The notes under the pieces: generated by a model
Told to the model about the DNA's origin: nothing
The model's input: only the letters and a program-made list of their open reading frames with translations
Database searches by the model: none
Made by a program: the position numbers and the translations under genes
Source of the DNA: Acidobacteriota bacterium
GTDB lineage: Bacteria > Acidobacteriota > UBA890 > WLXD01
Direction: 5' to 3'
Length of the DNA: 64,000 bases
Assembly (NCBI GenBank): GCA_963666055.2
Contig: CAXWPH010000015.1
Coordinates: 128,001-192,000 of the forward strand
Part shown: positions 45,224-55,316 of the stretch, piece after piece
How positions within the stretch are numbered: the first letter of the stretch is position 1
How the letters are laid out: every line of letters starts with the position of its first letter

Positions 45224-46402
45224 ATGAGTCACCGAACTCGCCAGCAGAAGCCACCCTTGCACCGCCGGTCGGCGCGCTCGGCGACGATTGCCGCGCTGGC
45301 GCTCGTATCGGCGCTGAGCGTCGGGTCGGCGCGCGGCCACAACTTCGGATTCACTCGGGTTTCGCTGGTGTTGCGCCCAGACGCTACCTTCCAGGCGAGC
45401 ATGCAGATCGACCTCGACGCGCTGGCGCTCGGCGCCGCCCCCGACAGCGACGACGCCGAGCTCGTCGCGGCCCTCGCTGGTCTGTCGGACGCACAGCTCG
45501 CCGAGCGCGTCGATGGCTTGCGCCGCTTGCTGGAGCGGCGCGTCCGCATCCTCTTCGATGGCGAACGCGCCGATTTCCGGATCGAGTTTCCCGACCGGAC
45601 GGCTGGCCTCACCCGCAATGCGTCGCCGCCGACGTTCCTCGGCGTGCGGGCTTGGCTTGCTGGCTCGGTGCCAGCCGGTGCCACGCAGGTGAGCTTCCGC
45701 GCCTCACGCGCCTTCGCGCCGGTACAGTTGACGATCGTCGACGAACGCAGCGGCGCGACCACCCGCGAGCCGCTGGCGCGTGGCGACGAGAGCACCCCCT
45801 TCAGGCTCGATCCGGCGGCCCGACCGACCGCCTCGGAGAGTTCCATCGCGGCCGGCCTACGCTACGCGCGGTTGGGCTTCCTCCACATCATCCCGGCGGG
45901 CTTGGACCACATCCTGTTCGTGCTGGGACTATTCCTGTTGAGTGCAAAGCTGCGTCCCTTGCTGCTTCAAGTATCGGCGTTCACCGTCGCCCACACCGCC
46001 ACGCTCGGCCTTTCCGCCTTCGGTGTAGTGCAGCTATCCGCATCGTTCGTAGAGCCACTCATCGCGTTGTCGATCGCCTACGTTGGCCTCGAGAACGCCA
46101 TGACCGACCGGCTCCGCGCCTGGCGCCCGGTCCTGGTGTTCGCCTTCGGCCTCCTACACGGCCTGGGGTTTGCGGGTGTGCTTGGTGAGATCGGCCTACC
46201 GCCAGACCAGGCCCTCGGCGCCCTGCTCGGATTCAACGTCGGCGTCGAGCTGGGTCAGCTGGCGGTGATCGGTGGTGCCATCCTCGTCGTCGGCAAATTC
46301 CGGAACCGCTCCTGGTACCGTCGCCGCATCGTCGTACCGGCTTCGCTATCGATCGCCGCGGTCGGTCTGTACTGGTTCGTGAGCCGCGCCATCGCCGCTT
46401 GA
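45224..46402 (+). CDS. HupE/UreJ family membrane protein
   Basis: HI...G.DHILF, FTVAHT.TL, VE..IALSI, FGLLHGLGFA, FNVGVE.GQ. Confidence 0.88.
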   Translation: MSHRTRQQKPPLHRRSARSATIAALALVSALSVGSARGHNFGFTRVSLVLRPDATFQASMQIDLDALALGAAPDSDDAELVAALAGLSDAQLAERVDGLRRLLERRVRILFDGERADFRIEFPDRTAGLTRNASPPTFLGVRAWLAGSVPAGATQVSFRASRAFAPVQLTIVDERSGATTREPLARGDESTPFRLDPAARPTASESSIAAGLRYARLGFLHIIPAGLDHILFVLGLFLLSAKLRPLLLQVSAFTVAHTATLGLSAFGVVQLSASFVEPLIALSIAYVGLENAMTDRLRAWRPVLVFAFGLLHGLGFAGVLGEIGLPPDQALGALLGFNVGVELGQLAVIGGAILVVGKFRNRSWYRRRIVVPASLSIAAVGLYWFVSRAIAA

Positions 46403-46593
46403 ACCGGCGATTGCCGGCGCACCGCTGGACACTGCCTTCGGCGCTGCGAACCTTGCACGCTCTGCGGCAGCAAACGTACGATAATCTGACGCTCATGTCA
46501 GATGATTCTGCGCCGCCGACTTATTCCGGGTGGCCGACATGCCGCTTTCGCAGCGCGGCTCCGCCTCTCCGTACCCGACCTCGAGATAGCACC

Positions 46594-48858
46594 ATGCGAA
46601 CATCCCGACCCCGCGGCACGCTTTCCTCACGGCTGACTGTTTCTTCACGATTGACCGTCGTTGCGCTTCTGGCGGCCTTGACGACCGTCTTGGCCTCGCC
46701 GTCTCCGGCCACCGAACCGAACGCCGCTGCCGCGGTACGTGCCGACGAGTGGACGAGCTGGCGCGGCCCGCACCAAAACGGCGTGTCGCCAGCCACCGAT
46801 CTGATCTCCAGCTGGTCGGTAGACGGCGACCATCAGATCTGGCGAAGCGATCTCGTCGGACGCTCGACGCCGGTGGTATTCGACGGCCGTGTATGCGCAA
46901 ACGGCCGCCGCGGCGACACTCACGAGACCGTCGCCTGCTGGAGTGCCGAATCCGGCGAGCTGCTATGGCAGCGCGACTACGTGATCTACAACACCACTGT
47001 GCCGTACACGCGCGTCGGCTGGGGCGGCGTTACTGCCGATGCCGAGACCGGCTATCTCTACGCTCACACGGTCGATGGGCTGCTCACGTGCCTCGACCGA
47101 GACGGCGAAACGGTGTGGGAGATCCGGCTCGGCGAGACCTACGGACGCGCCTCCGGGTACGGCGGCCGCACGCACACCCCCATCGTCGACGAGGACCGCG
47201 TAATCCTGGGGCTGATCGGTACCAGCTGGGGGGAGTTCGGGCCACCGCGCCACCGTTTCTATGCCTTCGACAAGCGCGATGGCCGGGTGGTGTGGACCGC
47301 CAACCCGAGTGAAGAGAACCCCAAGGACATGAACACTCAGGCGACGCCGATTGTCGCCGAGATCGCCGGGCAACGGCTGATGATCGGCGGTGCTGCCGAC
47401 GGCTGGATCTATGCGCTCAAGGCGCGTACCGGCGAGCTCGTCTGGAAATACCAGCTGAGCAAGCGCGGCATCAACACGGCGGTGGTGGTAGCCGACGAGG
47501 TGGTCTACGTCAGCCACAGCGAAGAGAACCTGGATGGCGGCCCGCAAGGCCGTGTGGTGGCCATCGACGCTACCGGCAACGGCAACGTGACCGACACCCA
47601 CGAGAAATGGCGCGCCGACGAGATCACCGTCGGGTTCGCATCGCCGCTGTTACACGACGGCGTTCTGTACCTGCTCGATAACTCCGCCAACCTGCGCGCC
47701 TTGGATACAACCACCGGCGACGAGCTCTGGACGCACAACGTCGGCACGGTGGGCAAGAGCTCGCCGGTATGGGCCGACGGCAAGATCTTCGTCACCGAGG
47801 TAAACGGTAACTTCGTCATCCTGGAGCCGGGCAGCGATGCAGCGACGGTGCTCGATTCGGATCGCATCGATATTCCCGAGGAGAGTCGTGCCGCCGAGAT
47901 CTATGGCTCTCCGGCGATCGCCTACGGTCGCATCTACTTCACCACCGAAGATGGGATCTTCTGCCTCGGCGACCCGGCTCAACCGTTCAGCATCGCGACG
48001 AGCGCCAGCCCCGCGGCTGCCGAATGGGCACCCGACGGGGCGGCCGCCCACGTCGCCGTCGTGGTTCCGACCGACGTGGTGGCCAGTAGCGGGGAGCGCA
48101 TCGCATTCGCGGCCCGCATCTTCGATGCGGCGGGCCGTTACATCGGCACCCGCGCCGCAGAATGGTCGCTAGAGGACCTGTCGGGCTCGTTGAGCGCCGA
48201 GGGCGCGTTCGTCGCCGACCCCGCGGTCGGCAGTCAGGCCGGGCACATCGTCGCCGCGATCGGCAACCTCACCGCCCGTGCCCGCGTACGGATCGCCGGC
48301 TCACTTCCGTGGACAGAGGACTTCTCGTCCAGCCAGAAGCCGCGGCACTGGATCGGCGCCGGACGCTACGCCACGGCGGAGCTCGACGGCGAGCCGGTGC
48401 TGCACAAGCCACCGGCCGCAACCGGTCTCAATCGATCGGTTATCTACACCGGTCCTGAAAGCACGTCGGCGGTCACGGTACAAATAGACATCCTCGGCAC
48501 ACGCGCGGGTCGTCGTCGGCCGGACGGTGGCGTGGTGAACAGCGGCTACACACTCGACCTCATGGGCAACCACCAGCGGGTTCAGGTGCGGTCGTGGGCC
48601 TCCGAGCTGCGCATGGCGCAGCAGGTCCCGTTCGAATGGGACATGGATACCTGGTACACGGCCAAGCTGCGGGTCGATCAGACTGTCGATCGCGCCATCG
48701 TGCGCGGCAAGATCTGGCAGCGCGGCGAACCCGAGCCCGCTGCATGGACGATCACGGCAGAAGATCCGTTGCCGATTCGGCACGGCGCCCCGGGGATCTA
48801 CGGCTACTCCCCCGTCGATCTCTACTTCGACAACTACAAGGTAACGGTGAACGAATGA
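46594..48858 (+). CDS. PQQ-like beta-propeller protein with C-terminal Ig-like and beta-sandwich domains
   Basis: W.SWRGP, GRSTPVV, YGGRT.TP, SPVWADGKI, SPAIAYGRIY, plus an ~300-aa extension. Confidence 0.85.
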   Translation: MRTSRPRGTLSSRLTVSSRLTVVALLAALTTVLASPSPATEPNAAAAVRADEWTSWRGPHQNGVSPATDLISSWSVDGDHQIWRSDLVGRSTPVVFDGRVCANGRRGDTHETVACWSAESGELLWQRDYVIYNTTVPYTRVGWGGVTADAETGYLYAHTVDGLLTCLDRDGETVWEIRLGETYGRASGYGGRTHTPIVDEDRVILGLIGTSWGEFGPPRHRFYAFDKRDGRVVWTANPSEENPKDMNTQATPIVAEIAGQRLMIGGAADGWIYALKARTGELVWKYQLSKRGINTAVVVADEVVYVSHSEENLDGGPQGRVVAIDATGNGNVTDTHEKWRADEITVGFASPLLHDGVLYLLDNSANLRALDTTTGDELWTHNVGTVGKSSPVWADGKIFVTEVNGNFVILEPGSDAATVLDSDRIDIPEESRAAEIYGSPAIAYGRIYFTTEDGIFCLGDPAQPFSIATSASPAAAEWAPDGAAAHVAVVVPTDVVASSGERIAFAARIFDAAGRYIGTRAAEWSLEDLSGSLSAEGAFVADPAVGSQAGHIVAAIGNLTARARVRIAGSLPWTEDFSSSQKPRHWIGAGRYATAELDGEPVLHKPPAATGLNRSVIYTGPESTSAVTVQIDILGTRAGRRRPDGGVVNSGYTLDLMGNHQRVQVRSWASELRMAQQVPFEWDMDTWYTAKLRVDQTVDRAIVRGKIWQRGEPEPAAWTITAEDPLPIRHGAPGIYGYSPVDLYFDNYKVTVNE

Positions 48859-50369
48859 TGCGTCGGAAGCTCTACTTCGGGATCCTGGTGGCCACCATCG
48901 TAACGGGCGTGGCAAGCGGCGCCGCCGTGCGTGGCGCGGTGGCCGGAACGCCGTCCGCAACAACGCTCGCCGTCGCGGCCGACGACGGTGTGGGGATGTT
49001 CGGCGGCGGCCCCGACCGCAACATGGTGTCCGACGAGACCGGGCTTCCCGGGGAGTGGGATACCCGCGCCGGGATGAACGTCAAGTGGTCGGTGGGCGTG
49101 GGCTCGCAGAGCTACGCCGGCCCGGTGGTGGTGGACGGCAAGGTGTTCATCGGCACCAACAACGAGGGGATGCGTAATCCCGATCTGCCCAACGACAAGG
49201 GCGTGATCATGGCGTTCGATGCCGACAGCGGCGAGTTTCTGTGGCAAATGGTGCACGACAAGCTGCCCGTTGGCCGGGTCAACGACTGGCCGCTACAGGG
49301 CATCTGCTCGACTCCGTACATCGAGGGCGACCGTCTTTACTACGTTTCCAACCAGGCCCACGTCGTCTGCGTCGACACCGAGGGACACCATGACGGCGAG
49401 AACGACGGACCGGACACCAGCGAGGAGCACACCTCGCCGATCGATGGCGACCGCATTTGGTCGTTCGACATGATCGGCGAGGTCGACGCCTTTCCGCACA
49501 ACCTGGCCACCAGCTCGCCACTGGTGGTGGGTGATCTGGTCTTCGCCTCGACAGGGAACGGCGTCGACGAGGGCCACGTGGCCATCCCCTCGCCTTTCGG
49601 TGCCAGCTTCGTAGCGTTGAACAAGCACACCGGCGAGCTGGTGTGGGACAACGCCGATCCCGGCGAGGGCATCTTGCACGGCACCTGGACGAACCCGACC
49701 TACGCGGTGGTGCAGGGCCGGCCGATGGTGATCTTCCCCGGTGGCGACGGCTGGGTACGCGCCTTCGTTCCCGAAACTGGTGAGCTGCTGTGGAAGTTCG
49801 ACGCCAACCCCAAGGACGCGGAGTGGCGTCTCGGCGGTCGTGGCACGCGCAACAACATCCTCTCCACGGTGGTGGTGCACGACGACAAGGCCTATATCGG
49901 AGTCGGCCAGGATCCCGAGCACGGCGAGGCCCCCGGTCACTTCTGGTGCTTCGACCCCAGCGGCAGCGGTGACATCACCGATTCCGCCGTCATCTGGCAC
50001 CGGGGCGGGCGCGACTTCCACCGCACCATGTCGACCGCCGCCATCGGCGACGGAGTCGTCTACATCTCCGATCTGTCGGGCTTCCTGTACGCGCTCGATG
50101 CCGACACCGGCGAGCACTACTGGACCTACGACACCTTCGCGGCCGTCTGGGGCTCGGCCTTCCTCGCCGACGGTAAGGTGTACCTCGGCGACGAGGACGG
50201 CGATGTGATCGTGCTACGGGCCGGCAAGGAGATGGAGGAGATCGCCGAGATGAACATGGGCGCCTCCGTCTACACCACCCCGTACGCCAAGGACGGGGTG
50301 CTCTACATCCTGTCGCGCAATCGCCTGTTCGCGATCGAAGAGGGTGCCCAGTCGGAGCCGACGAACTGA
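48855..50369 (+). CDS. PQQ-like beta-propeller protein, translationally coupled to the upstream paralog (ATGA)
   Basis: GSQSY..PVV..GKVF.GTNN, GICSTP, PHN...SSPL, GQDPEHG, GKVYLGDEDG. Confidence 0.87.
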   Translation: MMRRKLYFGILVATIVTGVASGAAVRGAVAGTPSATTLAVAADDGVGMFGGGPDRNMVSDETGLPGEWDTRAGMNVKWSVGVGSQSYAGPVVVDGKVFIGTNNEGMRNPDLPNDKGVIMAFDADSGEFLWQMVHDKLPVGRVNDWPLQGICSTPYIEGDRLYYVSNQAHVVCVDTEGHHDGENDGPDTSEEHTSPIDGDRIWSFDMIGEVDAFPHNLATSSPLVVGDLVFASTGNGVDEGHVAIPSPFGASFVALNKHTGELVWDNADPGEGILHGTWTNPTYAVVQGRPMVIFPGGDGWVRAFVPETGELLWKFDANPKDAEWRLGGRGTRNNILSTVVVHDDKAYIGVGQDPEHGEAPGHFWCFDPSGSGDITDSAVIWHRGGRDFHRTMSTAAIGDGVVYISDLSGFLYALDADTGEHYWTYDTFAAVWGSAFLADGKVYLGDEDGDVIVLRAGKEMEEIAEMNMGASVYTTPYAKDGVLYILSRNRLFAIEEGAQSEPTN

Positions 50370-50434
50370 GCCAATTCCCGGGCGAACCGGCGGGCGCTCC
50401 ACCGGCGGAGGCGCACTTCCGCAAGCTCGAACGC

Positions 50435-50833
50435 ATGTACCTCGGGGCGCCGGCGAACGCTCACTTCGAGCCGCAGATCCGCATCGGCGAAGGCACCGCC
50501 GAGGTGCGCTTCGCGGTGCGGCCCGAGTACATGATCGCCGCCGGCTCGCTCCACGGCGCGGTGTACTTCAAGGCCCTCGACGACGCCGCCTTCTTCGCCT
50601 GCAGCTCGCTGGTGGAAGACGGTTTCTTGCTCACCGCCTCGTTCAACATCCATCTGTTGCGACCGGTCTCGGAAGGCGAGCTCGTGGCGACGGGCAAGGC
50701 AGTGCACCGCTCACGATCGCTCCTGCTGGGGGAGGCGGTGCTCGTCGATGCCGAGGGCCGCCAGCTCGCCCGCGGCAGCGGCACGTTCATGCGCGGCCGG
50801 ACGCCGTTGAGCGAGGCGATCGGTTACGCCTGA
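50435..50833 (+). CDS. PaaI family (hotdog) thioesterase; true start may be near 50366
   Basis: HG.VYFK.LDDAAFFA, LT.SFN...LRPV, G.G.F. Confidence 0.85.
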   Translation: MYLGAPANAHFEPQIRIGEGTAEVRFAVRPEYMIAAGSLHGAVYFKALDDAAFFACSSLVEDGFLLTASFNIHLLRPVSEGELVATGKAVHRSRSLLLGEAVLVDAEGRQLARGSGTFMRGRTPLSEAIGYA

Positions 50834-50838
50834 GCGCC

Positions 50839-51445
50839 TCAGCTGCGACGCCACTCCCGCAGGCGAACCGTATAGACACGCGGCGTCGCCGGCGGCATCT
50901 TGGTCGGATCCAGCAGATCCATATCGAACTCCCAGTCGCGGCTGGGCGCCTGGTACACCGGGCTGCCGTAGCGCCAGTTGCCGGTAGCGCCAGTTGCCGG
51001 TAGCGCCAGTTGCCGGTAGCGCCAGTTGCCGGTAGCGTTGGTCGAGTACCACAGGTCGATCAGGCTGCCGCGATAGGTGAACGTGCACCCGCTCCAACGC
51101 TCGAGGAAGCGCGGCAGGTTTTCGACGCCGCCGTTGTACGCTCCCGGAAACGTCTCGGTGTTGCCGAGCAGGAAGGCGGCGTTGATCGTCGTGTTCGAGG
51201 CCACCCGGGCGTTCAGAATGCGCTGGCTATAGGCGAGATCGTCGTCGCCCCAGGCGTTCGGCAGGATGGTGATCGCGTCGGCCAGCACCGCCGCCGGCTT
51301 CTTGTCCTCGGAGTTGTAGTCGCCCTGGATGTAGGCCGGGTTCGCCGTGACCACGGTCAAGGCGTCGGGAAGCTCCGCGCCGTTCTCGATCTTCAACGCG
51401 AACTCGGTGTTGCCGCCGTCGTAGGGGGCGAGGTATCCGTCCCAC
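50839..51445 (-). pseudogene. C-terminal fragment of a PilX/HpsA-like pilus-associated protein
   Basis: NG.ELP..LTV...NP.YIQGDYN, PAAV.ADAITIL, YNGG.EN.PRFLE.W, P.RDW.FD, PP.TP; N-terminus missing. Confidence 0.6.
50968..51037. repeat. Perfect tandem repeat (GTAGCGCCAGTTGCCG)x4 + GTAGCG
   Basis: Read directly; 16-nt unit. Confidence 0.95.
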
Positions 51446-52013
51446 GCAGATGGCCTGGTTTTCGTCGCCCACGCGCCCGCGGGCGTGCGGCGCCACATCC
51501 GCCACGATCCGTTTCCAGACGCGAGGAGTCATTTGTGACCAGTTTTAGATGTTAAAACGCGTTTTTGATCCTTGATACATAGAAATACACTCCCGTGTCC
51601 GCCGCTGAGAAGCAGAAAATCGCCTCTGGACTCGAATGGCCCCTGGCTTGGAGCGCGCGCATCGCGGGCTATCGGCGGACAGGCGACAGCCGGGATCGTG
51701 TCCACTGGCCAATCTTCCGATTCAGCCAACGACCCCGGCCACCGCCACCTCGCGAGCGTTTCGCCGACTCGCTGCGTGAGAGCGACGGGTCGAGAAGGTG
51801 TCGGTCGCCCTCACCGCCCCCACCGTAGGGCGCTTCACAACCGGACACTTGAGGAACTTCCGCGTTTTCTCTAAGGATTTCCTGATGGCCGGGGCGTTGA
51901 ATCGCCGGCACACACCCGCTAGCGTCGTATCGACAGCGGCCCGCGCATTCGTTTCCCCCGCTCCCCGGGGTCTCGGAACGGCGCCGACCCGAGGTGAACC
52001 CGGAGTTGAAACG

Positions 52014-53363
52014 ATGACAAGCGTGCCGTCGCGCGCCATCGCAAGCATGGCCGTCGCACTGCTCGGCCTGCCGATGCTGGTGACCGCAGCCGACGAGCCC
52101 GGGTCGAACTGGCCGGCACTCGGGGGCGCGGACGGCCTGCGGATCTCCCAGGACACCGGCCTGCTCACGAGCTGGAACCAGGACGAGCATGTGCTGTGGA
52201 AGACGGCGATCCCCGGCCGCGGCCACTCCTCACCGATCGTCTGGGGCGATCGCATCTTCCTGACCACCGCCATCCAGGGCGAGGAGATCACCGGACACAC
52301 GCCGCTGGTGCATTACTTCGAAGGAGAGGTGTGGCGACATCCCGGCAGCTACGGCTCACAGTTCAAGCACGAGTATCGGGTTGTCGCGATCGACGCAACG
52401 ACCGGCGAGATCGCCTGGAACCGTCTCGCCCACGCCGGTGTGCCCTACGATGATCGGCACCGCACCGGCTCGTTCGCCTCGCCCACCGCCGTGACCGATG
52501 GCGAGAGCGTCTACGCCTACTTCGGTGAGCCCGGCGTCTTCGCCTACGACTTCGACGGAAACCGGCTGTGGAGCGCCGAGATCGGTAAGGTCACCGAATT
52601 CGGTCTGGGCGTCTCCACCTCCCCGGTGCTCTTCGAGGACCTGCTGATCGTGCTGGCCGACGAGGACGAGGGCGAGCATTCGTTCATCGTGGCGCTCGAC
52701 AAGCACAGTGGCGAGGTCGTGTGGAAGAAAGATCGGCAGGTACAGTCGAACTGGTCGACCCCGCTGCTCATCGAGCGAGGCGATCAACCACAACTGGTCA
52801 CCAACGGCTTCGAGTGGTTGATTTCGTACGACCCGCGCACCGGAGAGGAGATCTGGCGGGTTCCCGGGCTGCAGAGCAACGCGGTGCACCACCCGTTGCT
52901 GCACAACGACTTCGCCATGTTCACCGCCGGCTATCCGGACAAGGTGCTCAAGGCGGTACGCCTCGACGGCGTCGAGGCCGGCAGCGATGCCGAGCGCGTC
53001 GCCTGGACCTACAACAAGGGCATGGGCTATGTGCCGTCCAACCTGTCCTACGACGGCTACGTGTACCTGCTGAGTGACAACGGCATCCTTACCTGCCTGG
53101 ACGCCAACACCGGTGAAGTGGTCTACGAGGGGGGACGCATGCCGGTTGCACAACGGTTCTTTGCCTCGCCGGTGGCCTTCGAGGGCAAGTTCATGCTGGC
53201 CGGGGCGGACGGCGAGGTGTTCGTGATCAAGGCGGGCCCGGAGTTCGAGGTGCTGGCCACCAACACCCTCGGGGAGCCCATCTTCGCCACTCCGGCGATC
53301 AGTAACGGGCGCATCTACATCCGCAGCGAGCACAATCTCTGGGCGATCGGAACGACAGATTGA
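52014..53363 (+). CDS. PQQ-binding-like beta-propeller protein
   Basis: Signal peptide, NWP, GHSSPIVWGD, WSTP, ATPAISNG. Confidence 0.9.
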   Translation: MTSVPSRAIASMAVALLGLPMLVTAADEPGSNWPALGGADGLRISQDTGLLTSWNQDEHVLWKTAIPGRGHSSPIVWGDRIFLTTAIQGEEITGHTPLVHYFEGEVWRHPGSYGSQFKHEYRVVAIDATTGEIAWNRLAHAGVPYDDRHRTGSFASPTAVTDGESVYAYFGEPGVFAYDFDGNRLWSAEIGKVTEFGLGVSTSPVLFEDLLIVLADEDEGEHSFIVALDKHSGEVVWKKDRQVQSNWSTPLLIERGDQPQLVTNGFEWLISYDPRTGEEIWRVPGLQSNAVHHPLLHNDFAMFTAGYPDKVLKAVRLDGVEAGSDAERVAWTYNKGMGYVPSNLSYDGYVYLLSDNGILTCLDANTGEVVYEGGRMPVAQRFFASPVAFEGKFMLAGADGEVFVIKAGPEFEVLATNTLGEPIFATPAISNGRIYIRSEHNLWAIGTTD

Positions 53364-53815
53364 GTCGTCCAGAAGTTCGTGTGCTGGTGCGCCGGCTGCC
53401 GGGCGCTGAGGACCTGCCACTGCCGAAGTACCAGACCGACGAGTCTGCCGCTGTCGACCTGCACGCGGCGCTCTCCGCGCCACTCGAGCTGGCACCCGGC
53501 GCCATCGAGCTGGTGCCGACCGGTTTGGCGATCGCGCTGCCGTCGGGATACGAGGCGCAGGTGCGGCCACGGTCCGGACTGGCCGTCAAGCACGGCGTTT
53601 CATTGCCCAACACGCCGGCGACGATCGACGCCGACTATCGCGGCGAGATCAAGGTGCCGCTGATCAACCACGGAGCCGAGACCGTGACCCTGACGCGCGG
53701 CATGCGCATCGCCCAGATGCTGGTGACACCGGTCCCACGCATCGTCTGGGACGAGGTCGACGAGCTGCCCGAAACCAACCGTGGACCGGGCGGTTTCGGA
53801 CACACGGGCGAGTAG
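53360..53815 (+). CDS. dut: dUTP diphosphatase
   Basis: SAA.DL, RPRSGLA, TIDADYRGE, RIAQ, RG.GGFGHTG. Confidence 0.95.
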   Translation: MSRPEVRVLVRRLPGAEDLPLPKYQTDESAAVDLHAALSAPLELAPGAIELVPTGLAIALPSGYEAQVRPRSGLAVKHGVSLPNTPATIDADYRGEIKVPLINHGAETVTLTRGMRIAQMLVTPVPRIVWDEVDELPETNRGPGGFGHTGE

Positions 53816-54577
53816 CTACTGGCTCTGCGAGGCCTCGGGCCGCGCCTCGTTGCGCTGTCGGAAACGACCCCTACCGGACCCGCTCATCGATTCTTGATGA
53901 GCTTCCAGCTCCTCGCGAGTCAGCTGTCCGTTGCCGTCGGCGTCGGCGCTCGACAGGCGTTCCCACAGCGTCTCGGGCATGCCCTCGCTGCTCAGGTAGC
54001 CGTCGCCGTCCGCATCGAAGCGTGAAAACAGACCGTCGAGCATCCGCTGGCGCATGATCCCTCGACCTCGTTGATCAACAGCGCCGCCACCACCGCGGCC
54101 GAAGCCGCCTTGGAAGCCTCCAGACCAGTGGCGACCGCCCCCAAGTTCGGGTCGGCTGGTCCAGAGGCCTCCGCTGGCGAATCGATGTCTCCCGAACGGA
54201 CCGAATCGGCGCGCCCCAGCAAAGCCGTGACCCCGGGCAAGGGCGCGACCGGGTCCGAAACGAACCACGGCGCCAAACTCCCGGCCAGCCACGGCGCCGC
54301 CCATGAAAGCGCGGCGTAAACGTCCGCCCTGCTGCGGCATTAGCTCGTCGGCGCTGATAGCGCCGTCGGCGTTCACATCCAGACCCGAGAGCGAGTCCGA
54401 GGCAGCGGCAATCTCGGCCGCCGAGATCTGACCGTCGCCGTCGGCGTCCAACGCCTGCAGTAGCGACATCGACTGACGCCAACCGTCAGGCCGCTCCGTG
54501 GCCGTCTGCGCAAAGCCCGGCGCCGCAACTACCAGCATGGCAACCGTGATCGTTGCCGGAGTTCTCCAGGCGCTCAT
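53816..54577 (-). CDS. Secreted EF-hand protein with Gly/Arg/Phe-rich linker
   Basis: DADGDGQISAAE, DVNADGAISADE, DADGDGYLSSE, DADGNGQLTREE; GGAGG RBS. Confidence 0.85.
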   Translation of the reverse strand: MSAWRTPATITVAMLVVAAPGFAQTATERPDGWRQSMSLLQALDADGDGQISAAEIAAASDSLSGLDVNADGAISADELMPQQGGRLRRAFMGGAVAGREFGAVVRFGPGRALARGHGFAGARRFGPFGRHRFASGGLWTSRPELGGGRHWSGGFQGGFGRGGGGAVDQRGRGIMRQRMLDGLFSRFDADGDGYLSSEGMPETLWERLSSADADGNGQLTREELEAHQESMSGSGRGRFRQRNEARPEASQSQ

Positions 54578-54711
54578 CGCGTTCCTCCGTGATCCGATGG
54601 GCAATGCGACCCAGCGGTTTCCTGTCCACTCCGCGATCCCCTTTGATTGATTGGACCAGACGGCGCCGAGGAACGACGTCGACGGTTGGCAAAGTTGTGT
54701 AAAGAAGTGTA

Positions 54712-54727
54712 GGGGGGGGGGGGGGGG
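54712..54727. repeat. G16 homopolymer
   Basis: Read directly. Confidence 0.9.
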
Positions 54728-54934
54728 TGGAGGATTACTGTGAGTACGGAGATATCCCCATTATTATCAGCAAGTTACAGGAGCTTCGAGCGTAACGGTG
54801 GATCGCCTCAATTACGGTGTATTAGGGGGATTAGCGGGGCCGTTTTGGTACAGATTTGGTACGGCGATCACCCGTAGGGCGTTCCCAGCATGACCGGCTG
54901 AGTACCGTCGATGAGCAGCCTTGCAGTTCTTTTC

Positions 54935-55245
54935 TTAGGGGCGGCGGGCGCGGTCAACTTGATCCTTTCCATACTTCAAGATCAGTGAGTTGAGGAAATC
55001 TGGTTCCACGTCCCGAACGTAGGCGAGTAATCCAGCGAGGCGAGAGCGCTGAGGAGGTTCCAAACGGTCGAGTTGGTGAACCTGGGCTTTGATGCCTCGC
55101 TTTAGAGAGCGCCCTATCGAGACTTTGCCATCGGGAGTTAGGACTAGCCCTGTGACGCGTCTGCGCCCGCGTCGCGATGAGTGGCGTGTTTTGTTTAGGT
55201 TTAACTCTAGCCCCGCTGGGTACGGGAGGGCCTTGAGAATACCGC
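54935..55245 (-). pseudogene. C-terminal (domain 7/thumb) fragment of a retron-type reverse transcriptase
   Basis: L.LN..KT, RRVTGLVL...GKVSIGR..KR.IK..VH, L.GLLAY...VEPDF...L..KYG; no YxDD palm. Confidence 0.8.
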
Positions 55246-55316
55246 GGTAGCCGCGTAATGTGACTCGTGTAACAACCAGTAAGTGTTCCTTCTCATTCCC
55301 TGGAATCCCATACCGA

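Noticed and set aside
46622-46657. 18-nt imperfect duplication (SSRLTV x2)
   Set aside because: In-frame duplication within a signal-peptide n-region, probably neutral.
50968-51037. Possible CRISPR array
   Set aside because: Contiguous 16-nt units with no spacers and no cas genes.
51525-51600. AT-rich patch with GTTTTA-GATGT-TAAAAC palindrome, considered as an integron attC or IS end; TPRVWK peptide considered as an IS66 tail
   Set aside because: Does not fit RYYYAAC...GTTRRRY box spacing and the similarity is too short; noted only as a probable foreign junction.
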